A stretch of 64,000 bases of DNA from Opitutales bacterium (GCA_049598495.1 JBMYNR010000002.1:53740-117739), one strand, 5' to 3'; positions 1 to 10,606 are shown, numbered from the stretch's first letter. The notes: generated from the letters alone by a model not told the origin. Program-made: numbers and translations.

Positions 1-1
1 A

Positions 2-2056
2 GGCCACCTTGAATGAAATACGGCTCGGCAAGTTAGCCTTGATCACGCCCGTGATCACGTTGACCGAGGGGCGCTGCGTCGCGAGGATCAAGTGAATGCC
101 TGCGGCCCGGGCAAGCTGGGCGATACGTGCAATGCAGGTCTCAATATCGGCCGGTGCCACCATCATCAAATCAGCGAGCTCATCAATGACGCAAACAATA
201 TAGGGCAACTTCTTTTTAGGCACCTCAAAGGCATCATCATCCCGAGGGACTTCCATTTGCTGAAGCGCAGCCCGCTCTTCCGGGCTCATTTCCGCATCCA
301 TGGCCTTCGCCTGCTCCTCCTTGTCCTTCGCTATCTTCGCATTGAAGCCGGCAATGTTGCGCACGTTGCTCTTGGCGAAAATCTGATAGCGGTGATCCAT
401 TTCGGCAATCAGCCACTTGAGTGCACCAGGCACCTTCTTTGGCTCAGTCACAACTGGAATCAGCATGTGGGGCAGCGAATTATACATCTGCATTTCGACC
501 ACCTTGGGGTCGACCATGATAAAGCGGAGATCCTCTGGGCCGGAGTGGTAGAGCAGCGATGCGATGATCGCATTAATACAGACGGTCTTACCGGAACCCG
601 TGGAACCTGCGATCAGAACGTGCGGCATCTTCGTCAAATCAGTGACCATAGGCTTACCGGTGACGTCTTTCCCGAGCACGATGGGGATCTCCGCGTTGGC
701 CTCAGCCCAAGCCTTGGACTCGACAATATCGCGCATGCAAACTGCCTGTGCGATTTTGTTCGGCACCTCAATTCCAACAGTCCCTTTGCCGGGAACCGGA
801 GCAAGTATACGGACCGACATGGCCTTGAGCCCGAGGGCGATATTCTTGTCGAGGTTCACAATCTTCTCAACGCGCACGCCCGGCGCCGGCGTCACTTCGT
901 AGCGAGTAATCACAGGCCCGGTGTGAATCTCGCCGGGGATGACTTTGACCCCAAACTCCTCTAAGGTACGCACGAGTGCCTGCATGGTGCCCGCGTGGTC
1001 CTCTGGCGACTGATTGCCGACATCCGGAGCCTCCGAAAGTAGATTAAGAGGGGGAAAAACGTAGTCGCCCCGACGCTCGGGGATGCGCGCGGCGGCCTTT
1101 TCCGTCTTCTCTCCGGAAATGATCTTAATTGTGGCAGGGTCCAGCGCGGGCTTTTTGGGCTCCGGTTCAGGAGACTCGGACGAGGGCTTCTTCTTGAGCA
1201 TCGAAGCAGTTTTGGTCACCGCCGGCGGCGGAGTGGGTGCGCCACTCAGGAGAGACGGCTTACGGCCATCGTCCTCCAACTCCGCTTCATCTTCGGGATC
1301 TTCCACGCATATATTGTTTTTCTCGGCCTTAATCGCCGCACGATTCGCCTTGGCCTGAACTTTGGCCAGCGCCGCTTCTTCTTTGGCCATGCGCTTGGCT
1401 TCCGCCAATGCAGCTTTTCGCGCCTTTCGCTCTTCCTTCGACTCGGCCCAGCCTGCGAGAAAATTACGGTAGGCATTTTGGATGTAATCGAGGAAACGCC
1501 TTAGATTATCGGTAAAAATCAGAAACGAGCCAATCATCAGCCCCATCAAGAGAATCAGAAAGGTGCCGAATGCGCCGACATAGGGCTCCATTAACACCGG
1601 GCCCAGCCTTTCGCCGATCCAACCGCCAAACCCGTTTGAAAGTTGCTCCTCAAAGACACTCCCCTCAACGGCTGCCGCCGGTCGCATCATGGCGATTAGG
1701 CTGGATGCGCAAGCAAGTGTGATCGGGGACACGATCCCCACGAGCAGACGTTTCCCGGGGTCCTGTTGAATCAATAAGCGAACACCAAACCAGAGAAGCA
1801 GCAGCGGCAAGAGGAAGATCCCGACCCCGAATAGATGAAAGCCAAAGAAGCCAATATGGCTGCCGAAATATCCGACAAGGTTAGGATCGCTTGGATCCGT
1901 CGCATTGTATTGCTCTGTATTGTAGTCGAAGAGCGAAACCGCGACGAGCGCGGCCAGGGTAAAAAAGAGGAGCGCCCAGATGGGCCTCGACCTTGCTTTG
2001 CGAGGCTGGGAAACCACCTTCTTATTGACGACTTTCTTCTTTGCTTTGCGTGCCAT
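2..2056 (-). CDS. ftsK: DNA translocase FtsK (C-terminus runs off window start)
   Basis: Absent from the ORF track; manual translation gives N-terminal TM segments, Walker A (IAGSTGSGKTV) and VIDELADLMM...RAAGIHLILATQRPSVNVITGVIKAN; ATG at 2056. Confidence 0.95.
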   Translation of the reverse strand, partial: MARKAKKKVVNKKVVSQPRKARSRPIWALLFFTLAALVAVSLFDYNTEQYNATDPSDPNLVGYFGSHIGFFGFHLFGVGIFLLPLLLLWFGVRLLIQQDPGKRLLVGIVSPITLACASSLIAMMRPAAAVEGSVFEEQLSNGFGGWIGERLGPVLMEPYVGAFGTFLILLMGLMIGSFLIFTDNLRRFLDYIQNAYRNFLAGWAESKEERKARKAALAEAKRMAKEEAALAKVQAKANRAAIKAEKNNICVEDPEDEAELEDDGRKPSLLSGAPTPPPAVTKTASMLKKKPSSESPEPEPKKPALDPATIKIISGEKTEKAAARIPERRGDYVFPPLNLLSEAPDVGNQSPEDHAGTMQALVRTLEEFGVKVIPGEIHTGPVITRYEVTPAPGVRVEKIVNLDKNIALGLKAMSVRILAPVPGKGTVGIEVPNKIAQAVCMRDIVESKAWAEANAEIPIVLGKDVTGKPMVTDLTKMPHVLIAGSTGSGKTVCINAIIASLLYHSGPEDLRFIMVDPKVVEMQMYNSLPHMLIPVVTEPKKVPGALKWLIAEMDHRYQIFAKSNVRNIAGFNAKIAKDKEEQAKAMDAEMSPEERAALQQMEVPRDDDAFEVPKKKLPYIVCVIDELADLMMVAPADIETCIARIAQLARAAGIHLILATQRPSVNVITGVIKANLPSRISFKVA

Positions 2057-2135
2057 AGACAAACTCTATAGTTAGTTGCCCCTGCTCGAATAACAAGATT
2101 CGATTGAACCCTTCGTTTACGCGGACATTACAAGG

Positions 2136-2168
2136 AAAAAGACTCCGCCAACCGGAGCTGACGGAGCC
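2136..2168 (-). terminator. Intrinsic terminator after slyD
   Basis: Minus strand GGCTCCGTCAGCTCCGGTTGGCGGAGTC followed by TTTTT. Confidence 0.7.
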
Positions 2169-2192
2169 AAAATAAGCGAGCGAAGCGACTCT

Positions 2193-2717
2193 TTAATGAG
2201 AGCAACCGCAGCCAGCCTCATCTCCACCGCCGCCGCAGCAACCGCCACCTTGATGGATATGGCCGTGGGCAATCTCCTCTTCTGTAGCCGAACGGACCTC
2301 CTGAACGGTCACATTGAAGTTCAAATGCTTGCCCGCAAGCGGGTGGTTGCCGTCGACGGTGACGTCGTCGTCCTCAACCTTGATGACACGGACGGAAACA
2401 GGGCCCTGATCTGTGTTGGCCTGAAACTGCATTCCGACCTCTAGTTGATCAATTCCCTGGAAACGGTCGCGCGGCACCACTTGCTCGAGACTCGGATTGG
2501 CTTGGCCATAACCATCCTCGGGAGCCACTCTCACGTCCACCGTGTCGCCGGCGGATTTGCCTTCCAAAGCGGCCTCAAGGCCGGGAATGATATTCTTATG
2601 CCCGTGCAGATAGGCCAGAGGCTGCCCCGGTTGGGATTGGTCCAAAAGTGTTCCTTCGTCATCTTTCAAGGCATAGTCCATTGAGACGACGGTTCCATCT
2701 GCTATTTGCATAGTCAT
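2193..2717 (-). CDS. slyD: FKBP-type peptidyl-prolyl isomerase SlyD
   Basis: YLHGHKNIIPGLE, DGNHPLAGKHLNF and His/Cys/Gly-rich tail. Confidence 0.95.
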   Translation of the reverse strand: MTMQIADGTVVSMDYALKDDEGTLLDQSQPGQPLAYLHGHKNIIPGLEAALEGKSAGDTVDVRVAPEDGYGQANPSLEQVVPRDRFQGIDQLEVGMQFQANTDQGPVSVRVIKVEDDDVTVDGNHPLAGKHLNFNVTVQEVRSATEEEIAHGHIHQGGGCCGGGGDEAGCGCSH

Positions 2718-2883
2718 TTTCGAGTTAGTTTTAAAATGCGAGTCTCCGAGAAATAGGGCAAAGCCCCATCAGGTCAAAAACGAAAGCGATATAATTTCTC
2801 CCCCTTGGCATGGTCCGGGTAAACTCACTTGACGGTGAGGGGAAAAAGAGGGTTCTCTTGAAACCAGTATTCCATTCCGGTTC

Positions 2884-5673
2884 ATGCCTATTCAAGACAG
2901 TCCTCATTTCCGCAGGCTTCACCAACATGCCCAGAAGCGCCTAATCTTCGATCCGGGTGTTTCCAGGAGCAAGCAGCTTCCGGCCTACAAGCGCTACATG
3001 GAGCTGGAGAATGCCATGCTGGAGAAGCAACACCGCGAAGGGGGCTCCGGGATGGAGGTCTGTCAGGCGCGGGCGGCCATGATCGATGTCGTGATCGAGA
3101 ACCTGTTCCTCGCCGCCCTCGATCTGTATACGACCGAGCACGGCCCGCTGCCGTGCAAAATGGCGGTGCTGGCAACGGGGGGCTATGGTCGACGGGAGCT
3201 CAACCCTCACAGCGATATCGATATTATGTTCCTCTATCCGCTCAAAACAGGAGGGAAGGCATTCGAGCAGTTTCAAGCCGTGCTCGCAGAGGAGATCCTT
3301 TACCCGCTCTGGGATCTGGGGCTGAAAGTCGGGCATGCCTCGCGGAACGCAAAAGAGGTTATTGAGGAATGCCGCAAGGAAATCCAATCGAAGAACGCGA
3401 TTCTCGAATCGCGGATTATTTGCGGATCCGAGCCGCTTTACAAAAGTATGCGGAGCCGCTTCGACGATTTCTGCAAGAAGGAGAACTCCAAGGCCTACAT
3501 TCTCCAACGATTGGAAGATGAAGCGGAGCGCCACGCCAAATCAGGCAATACGATCTATCTCCAGGAGCCCGACATTAAGAATGGCGTCGGAGGGCTTCGG
3601 GACTACCAAAACATTCTCTGGATGGCCCATATAAAATTTGGCTACCGTTCCTTCGCCGATCTCGTGAAGGCGAAGCTGCTCCGGGAAGATGAGCGGGAAG
3701 CCATGCTAGCCGCCTACGACCTACTTCTTCGCACTCGGACAGAACTACACCTGCAAAACCGTCGGCCCACCGACAAACTGGACCTCGAACAACAACCGCT
3801 CATTGCGGAGCACCTCCACTACCCTCAGGACAATATCTTTGAGCGCGTCGAAGCCTTCATGAAGGACTACTACATGGCGGCCCGAACCATCTACCATACG
3901 AGTGAGATCCTGAAAGAGAGGATGTCCCTGCAGGCAGAGCCTGAGAACAAGACCCGCATCACCTTCCGCGAAGCCCTCAGGGCCCACCAGCACCTCCCAA
4001 TCAAGCGAATCGATGGATTCAATCTCTACAACAAGATACTCTCGGCGGATCATCCCGGGGTCTTCGAAGAAGATCCTGTCCGGCTCATTCGCGTCTTCCG
4101 CGAGGCCCAGCAGTTCGGGGCCAAGCTCGATCCCGATCTGCGTTATCTGATCACACGCTCGATCCCCCTGATCGATCAGTCCATCATCCAAAACACCTCG
4201 GCCGCCAAGAGTTTCTGCGCCATCCTGCGCAGCCCCGGCGAGGTTTACCCCACCCTGATCCAGATGCACGAACTCGGGGTCCTCGGACGCTACTTGCCCG
4301 AGTTTGGCGCGCTAACATGTATGGTTCAGCACGAATACTACCACCGGTACACTGCCGATGCCCATGTGCTGCGCACCATCCGCCACTTGGATCGTGTATT
4401 TATAAAACACGACCGGGAATACGCACATTACGAGAGGGAATTACGAAAAAACGATGACCCTTTACTGCTCTATTTAATACTTCTTCTGCATGACATCGGG
4501 AAGGCAGAAGGCGTGAAGGGACACGATGTAAGCGGTGTTCGTATCGCCAAACCCGTCCTGGATCGCTTTAGGGTCGGCAAGGAACAACAGGAACAAATTT
4601 TATTTATTATTCGCAGCCATCTGGAAATGGCACGATTCTGGCAACGGTTTGATTTAGACGATCCTCAAACTGCGGTTTCCTTCGCTAAATTCATCGAAGA
4701 TCCGCAGAAACTCAGTTTTCTTTACGTGCACACCTATTGCGATGCCCGCGGAACTGCTCCAAGCCTCTGGAATAGCTACAAAGACAGCATGCATCGCACC
4801 CTGTATGTTCGAACACTTGAGCAATTTGAGGACGACGCAGTCATCGAACAAAAGCGGAAAGAACAAGTTAGCATGTTGCACCAAGACATACTCGAGCAAA
4901 AGATTGTAGGGATCTCCGAGGAAGAAATCGAGGCTCACTTCAACCTGCTCCCGGAGCGCTACTTCATCAATACGGAGCGTGCCGACATAGAGCTACACTT
5001 GCGTATGGTCAGCCAATTGCTGGCCCAGATCCATGCAGCAGAATCCATGGGCACACTTGCGCCCATCGTGAACTGGCACAATGACATCGACCTCGGCATG
5101 ACCGTGGTCAACGTCGTCACCTGGGATCGCGCCGGGCTTTTCTACAAACTCGCAGGAGCACTCACCTTGGCCGGGGTCAGCATCATAAGCACAAAGGCAA
5201 TTTCCCGAAAGGACCACATTACGATCGACACATTCTACGTGATCGATCCGAGCGGGGGAGTCGTTACCGACAAGAAGGCACAGGAAACCTTCCAAGTTCG
5301 ACTCGAGGAGGCACTTATTGAAGGGAAAGAGCTCCTACCTGCAATCAACGAGCGAGAAGCCAAAGTTAAGGCGAGGAATCCATCGAAGGATATGCTTCCG
5401 GCCCCCTTCCCTCCGAGTGTCGATGTCTATCACGAGCTGTCGCTCAAGCAGACGATTATCGAAGTGCAAGCCAACGATCGCATCGGCCTCCTTTACCAAA
5501 TATCTCGGCTCATCACCTTCAAGGGCTTCGACATCAGCTTCGCGCGCATTGCAACGGAGCGCGGTGTCGCCATGGACACTTTCTATATCAAGAACGTAAA
5601 CGACTCCGAAGAGTCGAATACAACGGCCCTACTTGAATTGCGTGAAGAACTTGATTCGATTGTAAAGGATTAG
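2884..5673 (+). CDS. glnD: PII uridylyltransferase/uridylyl-removing enzyme
   Basis: ATGGYGRRELNPHSDIDI NTase motif, EPDIKNGVGGLRD, HD motif LLHDIGK, two C-terminal ACT domains. Confidence 0.95.
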   Translation: MPIQDSPHFRRLHQHAQKRLIFDPGVSRSKQLPAYKRYMELENAMLEKQHREGGSGMEVCQARAAMIDVVIENLFLAALDLYTTEHGPLPCKMAVLATGGYGRRELNPHSDIDIMFLYPLKTGGKAFEQFQAVLAEEILYPLWDLGLKVGHASRNAKEVIEECRKEIQSKNAILESRIICGSEPLYKSMRSRFDDFCKKENSKAYILQRLEDEAERHAKSGNTIYLQEPDIKNGVGGLRDYQNILWMAHIKFGYRSFADLVKAKLLREDEREAMLAAYDLLLRTRTELHLQNRRPTDKLDLEQQPLIAEHLHYPQDNIFERVEAFMKDYYMAARTIYHTSEILKERMSLQAEPENKTRITFREALRAHQHLPIKRIDGFNLYNKILSADHPGVFEEDPVRLIRVFREAQQFGAKLDPDLRYLITRSIPLIDQSIIQNTSAAKSFCAILRSPGEVYPTLIQMHELGVLGRYLPEFGALTCMVQHEYYHRYTADAHVLRTIRHLDRVFIKHDREYAHYERELRKNDDPLLLYLILLLHDIGKAEGVKGHDVSGVRIAKPVLDRFRVGKEQQEQILFIIRSHLEMARFWQRFDLDDPQTAVSFAKFIEDPQKLSFLYVHTYCDARGTAPSLWNSYKDSMHRTLYVRTLEQFEDDAVIEQKRKEQVSMLHQDILEQKIVGISEEEIEAHFNLLPERYFINTERADIELHLRMVSQLLAQIHAAESMGTLAPIVNWHNDIDLGMTVVNVVTWDRAGLFYKLAGALTLAGVSIISTKAISRKDHITIDTFYVIDPSGGVVTDKKAQETFQVRLEEALIEGKELLPAINEREAKVKARNPSKDMLPAPFPPSVDVYHELSLKQTIIEVQANDRIGLLYQISRLITFKGFDISFARIATERGVAMDTFYIKNVNDSEESNTTALLELREELDSIVKD

Positions 5674-5743
5674 TCGGAACAACGGTTCACCGCAGGGAAA
5701 TTCTAGTTGGACCTCGGCTTGAGTTAATGGATACTCGCCCCAA

Positions 5744-7438
5744 ATGCAGGACCATGATAATGAGCACAGCGCGATCGATTCGCTCTACAGGATTAGCAGT
5801 CTTGTTTCGAATACCGACGAACCCAAGGTCGCTCTACAACTCATTCTTGATGAGATTGTTCGCGTCCTGCGCCCCAGCAGTGCTTCCATTGCGCTAATTA
5901 ACCCAGATACCAAACGGCTCGCGCTGGAAGCCTCCTTCGGCCTGCCGGAGGACTGGCAGGATATGGAGTTGGCGCTGGGGCAAGGGGTCACCGGTTGGGC
6001 CGCGCTTCAAGGCCGCGCAGTCATTGCCAATGATGTGCGCAATGAGCCACGTTACATCTCGGTAAGGCCAAATATACAATCAGAGATGGCCGTCCCGATG
6101 GAAGATGAAGGAATGGTGATCGGAGTCGTCAACGTCGATAGCGAAGAGCCCGATGCCTACGGGAACGCCTCACTGAAGATTCTCAGCCTTTTGACAAACG
6201 AGGCCACCCGAGTCGTCTCACGGCTCTGGTTGTTTAAACAGTTGCGAACGAAGGCAAACCACCTGGAATCGCTCGTCGCCATGAGTCAGCGACTGGCCGG
6301 CGAGGCGGACAGCGATATTCTGATGCGCTCGCTGGCCCAGCAGGCGCAACAACTGTTGGGCTGCGATGGGAGTGCTCTCTTTGTTCTCGAGCCGCATAAA
6401 AAGGTGCTGCATCTCCACAGCCTGGCGACGGATTCGGGGCCACTCTCTGAAAAAATCGCGCTTCCGCTCGATCAGAGTGCTCTGGGCGCCGTTATTCATC
6501 GCTTAAAGCAGGTAGAAGTCTACGATCTGAACTTCACGGAAGAAAACGATTTCCTGCCGATCCTCCAGCGGCAGGGCTTCAGCTCTATGCTGGCGTCACC
6601 GATCGCATTCGGCGATGAAGCGATCGGGGTTCTTATCGCATTCACTCGCCGCTCTCGCCGCTTCAACAATGAGGAGAAGAAAGTTTTCAATGCTCTCGCA
6701 GAGATGGGCGCAATCGCCATTCAGAATGCCCGCCTGTACGACCGGATCTTCGCCAGCGAAGAATCGCTCCGCCGGAACGAAAAGCTAACCACACTCGGGA
6801 TGCTGGCCGCCGAGATCGCCCACGAGATTCGCAACCCCCTCACTGTTATCAAGCTACTTTTCGAATCACTCGACCTACGGTTCCCCGATAGCGATCCACG
6901 TAAGACCGACCAAGAGGTCATCACAGAGAAACTGGATCAGCTGGAGGAAATTGTTGAGCGCGTGCTCAGCTTCGGTCGTAACAGAGAGGGGATGCACACG
7001 CGGCAAGACCTCAATACCCTCGTTGAAGATACGCTCAAACTCGTACGCTTAAAACTCCAGCAGCAAAAAATCGAACTGGATTTCGAACCACATCCGATAC
7101 CCATAGTCGCCGAGGTCAATAAGGGGCAGATACTGCAGGTTCTTTTGAATCTGGTCCTAAACGCCACGCAGGCAATGGAAGGTGGCGGCCGGATACACAT
7201 TCAAACACATCTCAAAGGCCACACCGCATCACTCATGATCTCCGACAACGGAGGCGGAATCCCTGAGTCCATTCAGGGTGATATCTTCGACTCCTTCCTA
7301 ACGGCTCGCCCGGACGGCACGGGACTGGGGCTCTCGATCAGCAAACGAATCCTTCGTGGCCACCGGGGCGACATAGAACTCGTACGTTCCTCTCCCGAAG
7401 GCAGCCAATTCCGCTTCTGGCTACCCCTATCCGAATAA
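5744..7438 (+). CDS. Soluble double-GAF sensor histidine kinase
   Basis: Two GAF-like domains, H-box AHEIRNPL, N-box LNLVLNA, DNGGGI and GTGLGL. Confidence 0.9.
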   Translation: MQDHDNEHSAIDSLYRISSLVSNTDEPKVALQLILDEIVRVLRPSSASIALINPDTKRLALEASFGLPEDWQDMELALGQGVTGWAALQGRAVIANDVRNEPRYISVRPNIQSEMAVPMEDEGMVIGVVNVDSEEPDAYGNASLKILSLLTNEATRVVSRLWLFKQLRTKANHLESLVAMSQRLAGEADSDILMRSLAQQAQQLLGCDGSALFVLEPHKKVLHLHSLATDSGPLSEKIALPLDQSALGAVIHRLKQVEVYDLNFTEENDFLPILQRQGFSSMLASPIAFGDEAIGVLIAFTRRSRRFNNEEKKVFNALAEMGAIAIQNARLYDRIFASEESLRRNEKLTTLGMLAAEIAHEIRNPLTVIKLLFESLDLRFPDSDPRKTDQEVITEKLDQLEEIVERVLSFGRNREGMHTRQDLNTLVEDTLKLVRLKLQQQKIELDFEPHPIPIVAEVNKGQILQVLLNLVLNATQAMEGGGRIHIQTHLKGHTASLMISDNGGGIPESIQGDIFDSFLTARPDGTGLGLSISKRILRGHRGDIELVRSSPEGSQFRFWLPLSE

Positions 7439-7468
7439 TACTAGAGCACAAAAAAGTTTGAACCGGTT

Positions 7469-7503
7469 GCAGAGGCAGGGAGGGCGGCCCTCCCTGCCTC
7501 TGC
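7469..7503. repeat. Perfect GC-rich palindrome (17-bp arms)
   Basis: GCAGAGGCAGGGAGGGC-G-GCCCTCCCTGCCTCTGC between convergent genes; possible terminator or REP. Confidence 0.8.
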
Positions 7504-7571
7504 GCCAAACCTTTTGCGAAGAGATATAAGGCACCAAAAGGGCGCCCGCTAAAAGCGGCGCCCGAAAAGAC

Positions 7572-7820
7572 TTAACCCGCTTATTGCATGAGATCCAGAA
7601 TTGGCTTTGGCAAGGCGCGAGCCGTGTTCCACGCAGGAGCGCACTGAAGTGCGTGACTAAGTGGGTTACGCGCTCGGAACACAGCCAGGGACGCTTCTGG
7701 ACTCAAAGTTTGTTGCTGTCACTTTTGTGACACGACGAGTTTTTGAAGAAAACTCGCAAGTAGCCATCCCGTAACAAGATAAAGAACGACAGCAACAAAC
7801 TGGTGCAATATTCGGGTTAA
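7572..7820. mobile_element. MITE-like element, family A (249 bp)
   Basis: TIRs TTAACCCGCTTATTGCA / TGCAATATTCGGGTTAA (15/17), internal hairpins; its 55-bp end recurs inverted at 63946-64000. Confidence 0.75.
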
Positions 7821-7838
7821 AGATTCGAGAAGGAAGAT

Positions 7839-8183
7839 TTAAAATTCGATCGATATCGTCCCCGGAGCACCGCCAGTCGCTTCAATGCTCGTGCCTTGAA
7901 TAATCATCGCCGGATAACTCTCGCCAGCAACAGGGTTGAGTTGCTTGACATACTTTCCATCGCCTACCAGATCCGCACGACTGACCCGGATGACATCGTG
8001 CTCGGTGAAATATTTTTCTGCACCGCTTGCGAGTGCCCGTAGATTATTGGTGATCGCCTTGGTTTGTGCTGTTTCACGCACCTTTTGAACGGCCGGGATA
8101 GCCATCACCGCGAGAAGTATGATGATAACCACCACGATCATGATTTCAACGAGGGTAAAACCCTTTTTGCTTTTAGTATTCAT
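7839..8183 (-). CDS. Type IV pilin/pseudopilin-like protein
   Basis: Prepilin cleavage/methylation motif KKG|FTLVEIMIVVVII. Confidence 0.9.
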   Translation of the reverse strand: MNTKSKKGFTLVEIMIVVVIIILLAVMAIPAVQKVRETAQTKAITNNLRALASGAEKYFTEHDVIRVSRADLVGDGKYVKQLNPVAGESYPAMIIQGTSIEATGGAPGTISIEF

Positions 8184-8431
8184 GATAATCTTTGATTCGT
8201 CTTATTACGCTATGAATCCACGGGAAAGAATATATTAGCGTAATCAGGTAAACACACTTGTAAGAAAAACCAAAGCATAAAGCCCTGATTATTCTAGGTT
8301 TCGCATAATTTTCAAAGCCCCTGAATTATAGGCATTCCCACCCGAAGTAGCTCCCATCTATAGCGCCAAAAGACTGATGAACCAAAAACTAGCCGATGGA
8401 CGAGGGATCGTTTAAGCACACACGCTTCGTC

Positions 8432-8584
8432 CTAGAAGCAGAATCCTCCCCTTAGCCAGACGAGAATAATTGGAACAAGAATCAGAACTGCCATGACAAT
8501 TCGGATCGTGAGTATTGTCCGAAGCGCCGGCTCTGGCAGCTCAAGGTGCTCCGGGCACTTCGTATGCTTTTCAGAAGTCTCCAT
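8432..8584 (-). CDS. Small membrane protein (50 aa)
   Basis: METSEK... with one C-terminal hydrophobic helix; ATG at 8584. Confidence 0.5.
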   Translation of the reverse strand: METSEKHTKCPEHLELPEPALRTILTIRIVMAVLILVPIILVWLRGGFCF

Positions 8585-8721
8585 ACTCCAGAAATGAGGA
8601 TTCTGTCCAGATTGAGCAATGAGAACTTTTTCGCTTAAAACGAATTTTCTCATCTTTAGCTGGGGCTGAAATATGTCTGAAAATCCGGCGAGGTGGGGGA
8701 TTTAAACGTATCGCCCATTGC

Positions 8722-10476
8722 CTAGTCCGTCTTCACGACAACCCGGAATCCAGTCAGGCGATTGCGCCCTCCCCGCGGCGCGTCCCGAATCGGGACAGTG
8801 AAGATGGCCTCCAGCCTGTCTTGAGCGTGACCTCCAATTTGCTTCGCCCCCTCTGATTCATAGCGGTCGACCGACTCGAGCCACTCGCTTACATTGCCAA
8901 GCAAATCGAAAAATCCACTGGCGAAGGGCTCCTTGGAGCCGACGGGTTGCGGCACCCCCTTCGAATTGGATGCACTCCAGACGTGGTTCTCCAGCACAAC
9001 ATAACGAAGCCGGCCAAGCGCTAGACGAAATTCATTCTCGGTCGGCAATCGCACCGGCTTGCCCAATATCCACGAAAGACGCTGACAGAACTTTTTCGCG
9101 TCCATCCAGCTGACGGAGTCAACCGGACGGAGGTCCCCTTGGTTGCGGCTCGGGTTTATTCCCATGATTAGTGAGTAGAGCGCCTGCGACACTTCCATTC
9201 GCAACATGCGCCAGCCATCTGTTTCGGGCACGGGTATAAGCGCATCGTAAATACGGTCTTGAATGAACCCGAGATCATTCTGAAGGAGATTCAGATAGCG
9301 CACTTTCGACTCCAAGTCCTGGTCATTGAGCAAGCTCCGCGGAAACGCCTCCTGCATTTGCTTCATATCGCTGCGGAGTGTCGCAATCACTTCGACTGCT
9401 TCGTAGGTCTGCCGCTCCGCGAGAAGCTTCTGCATAAGATCGTGATTGTTTTCCATTTGGATGCCCAAATCGAAACTCTCCGCGGTCTGGCTCTTACGTT
9501 GATACTCAATCAGGCGCTCCGATGAAGCATAGGGGCTATCCTTATAGTCTTCATTCAACTGCCGCTGCAATCGGGCGGCCTCTTGGTATAAGGCGGCAGC
9601 CTCCAAGTGCTCATTATTGATAAGTTTTTGATCTGCCAACTTCGCAACACGCTGCACTTCGAGGCGACTCTGCCGGGAACGAATCTCAACAAGCTTGCGC
9701 TCCAGGCGCTTAAGCCGGGGCACGCTGGTTTGATTTGCGCCACGATACTGGCGGTTCAGATTATCTTGAATCTGGATTGCCTCCCGCAAGTGCTCCTTCG
9801 CCTGCTCCCAGTCCTGCGCATGGATAAAATCATCCGCTTCATTCTCGAGAGCCAGGCTTCGCCGGAGCAATGGCTCTGCTGCCAAATAGCGCACCTGTCG
9901 GTCGAGACGTGCGGCACGCCCTACGCTGTAAGAGCGACTCAATGGATAATCTTCATTGATCTGATTCTGCCTGGCGTAGGCATCGCGATACTTCCCCCGG
10001 GCGGCTTCAAAGTTTTCCGCAGCGGCCAGGGCCTCACCCTGTAATTCCAACTCCAGGCTTTCGTTTTCGAGGATTTGGGCCGCCAAATCCTGATATCTTT
10101 GCTCCAGATGCACCTGCCGATTATGGCCTTGTGAGTCCACACCGGCGAAGGCATCCAAATAAGCCTTCTGCTTGTCCAATGCCTGCTTGAGCAAAATGAT
10201 ATCCTCGGAGCGCGCCTCACGGATCGCCAGGATCTCCTCGAACTGTGCCTCCAGTTCGATGCTCTCCTGCTGCAACTGCTTGACCTCCTCGGGCACTTCA
10301 CCTGACAGGCTCAGTTCTCTGAAGTCCACATCCTTCGGGCCCAGTTGACTAAGCCACCAGAAACCGATCAAAGCCAAGGCACCCGCCGCAAAAGCCAACG
10401 CCGCCAAGAAGCACTTCTTCAAAGGACTGGATTCATAGGAGGGACGTCTACGGGAAGACTGCTTAAAAATCGCCAT
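8722..10476 (-). CDS. Membrane-anchored helical-repeat protein with C-terminal FGE-sulfatase (SUMF1) domain
   Basis: RPVDSVSWMDAKKFC, RLPTENE, DLLGNVSEW, GFRVV; N-terminal TM; probable start MAIFKQ at 10476. Confidence 0.85.
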   Translation of the reverse strand: MAIFKQSSRRRPSYESSPLKKCFLAALAFAAGALALIGFWWLSQLGPKDVDFRELSLSGEVPEEVKQLQQESIELEAQFEEILAIREARSEDIILLKQALDKQKAYLDAFAGVDSQGHNRQVHLEQRYQDLAAQILENESLELELQGEALAAAENFEAARGKYRDAYARQNQINEDYPLSRSYSVGRAARLDRQVRYLAAEPLLRRSLALENEADDFIHAQDWEQAKEHLREAIQIQDNLNRQYRGANQTSVPRLKRLERKLVEIRSRQSRLEVQRVAKLADQKLINNEHLEAAALYQEAARLQRQLNEDYKDSPYASSERLIEYQRKSQTAESFDLGIQMENNHDLMQKLLAERQTYEAVEVIATLRSDMKQMQEAFPRSLLNDQDLESKVRYLNLLQNDLGFIQDRIYDALIPVPETDGWRMLRMEVSQALYSLIMGINPSRNQGDLRPVDSVSWMDAKKFCQRLSWILGKPVRLPTENEFRLALGRLRYVVLENHVWSASNSKGVPQPVGSKEPFASGFFDLLGNVSEWLESVDRYESEGAKQIGGHAQDRLEAIFTVPIRDAPRGGRNRLTGFRVVVKTD

Positions 10477-10606
10477 AATCAAATTGGGGCTGGCACTGTA
10501 AAAATAGCCTGCCTTAAATGACTCGCAGCTATGAAAGCCGCAAGGCAAAAGGTAGCTAACACTTGAAAGAGGACTCATTCAACGAATGAACGTCTCCTTA
10601 CCATAA

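Noticed and set aside
92..964. 290-aa + strand ORF and similar long antisense ORFs (22733-23575, 26717-27724, 39929-40864)
   Set aside because: Shadows of well-supported genes on the opposite strand (ftsK, infB, queCD, rapA); no recognisable motifs.
7625..7640. TGTTCCACGCAGGAGC as a third parS
   Set aside because: Only the left half matches, it is not palindromic, and it lies inside the MITE.
8722..9100. Diversity-generating retroelement target
   Set aside because: FGE-type domains can be DGR targets, but no reverse transcriptase or template repeat is visible in the window.
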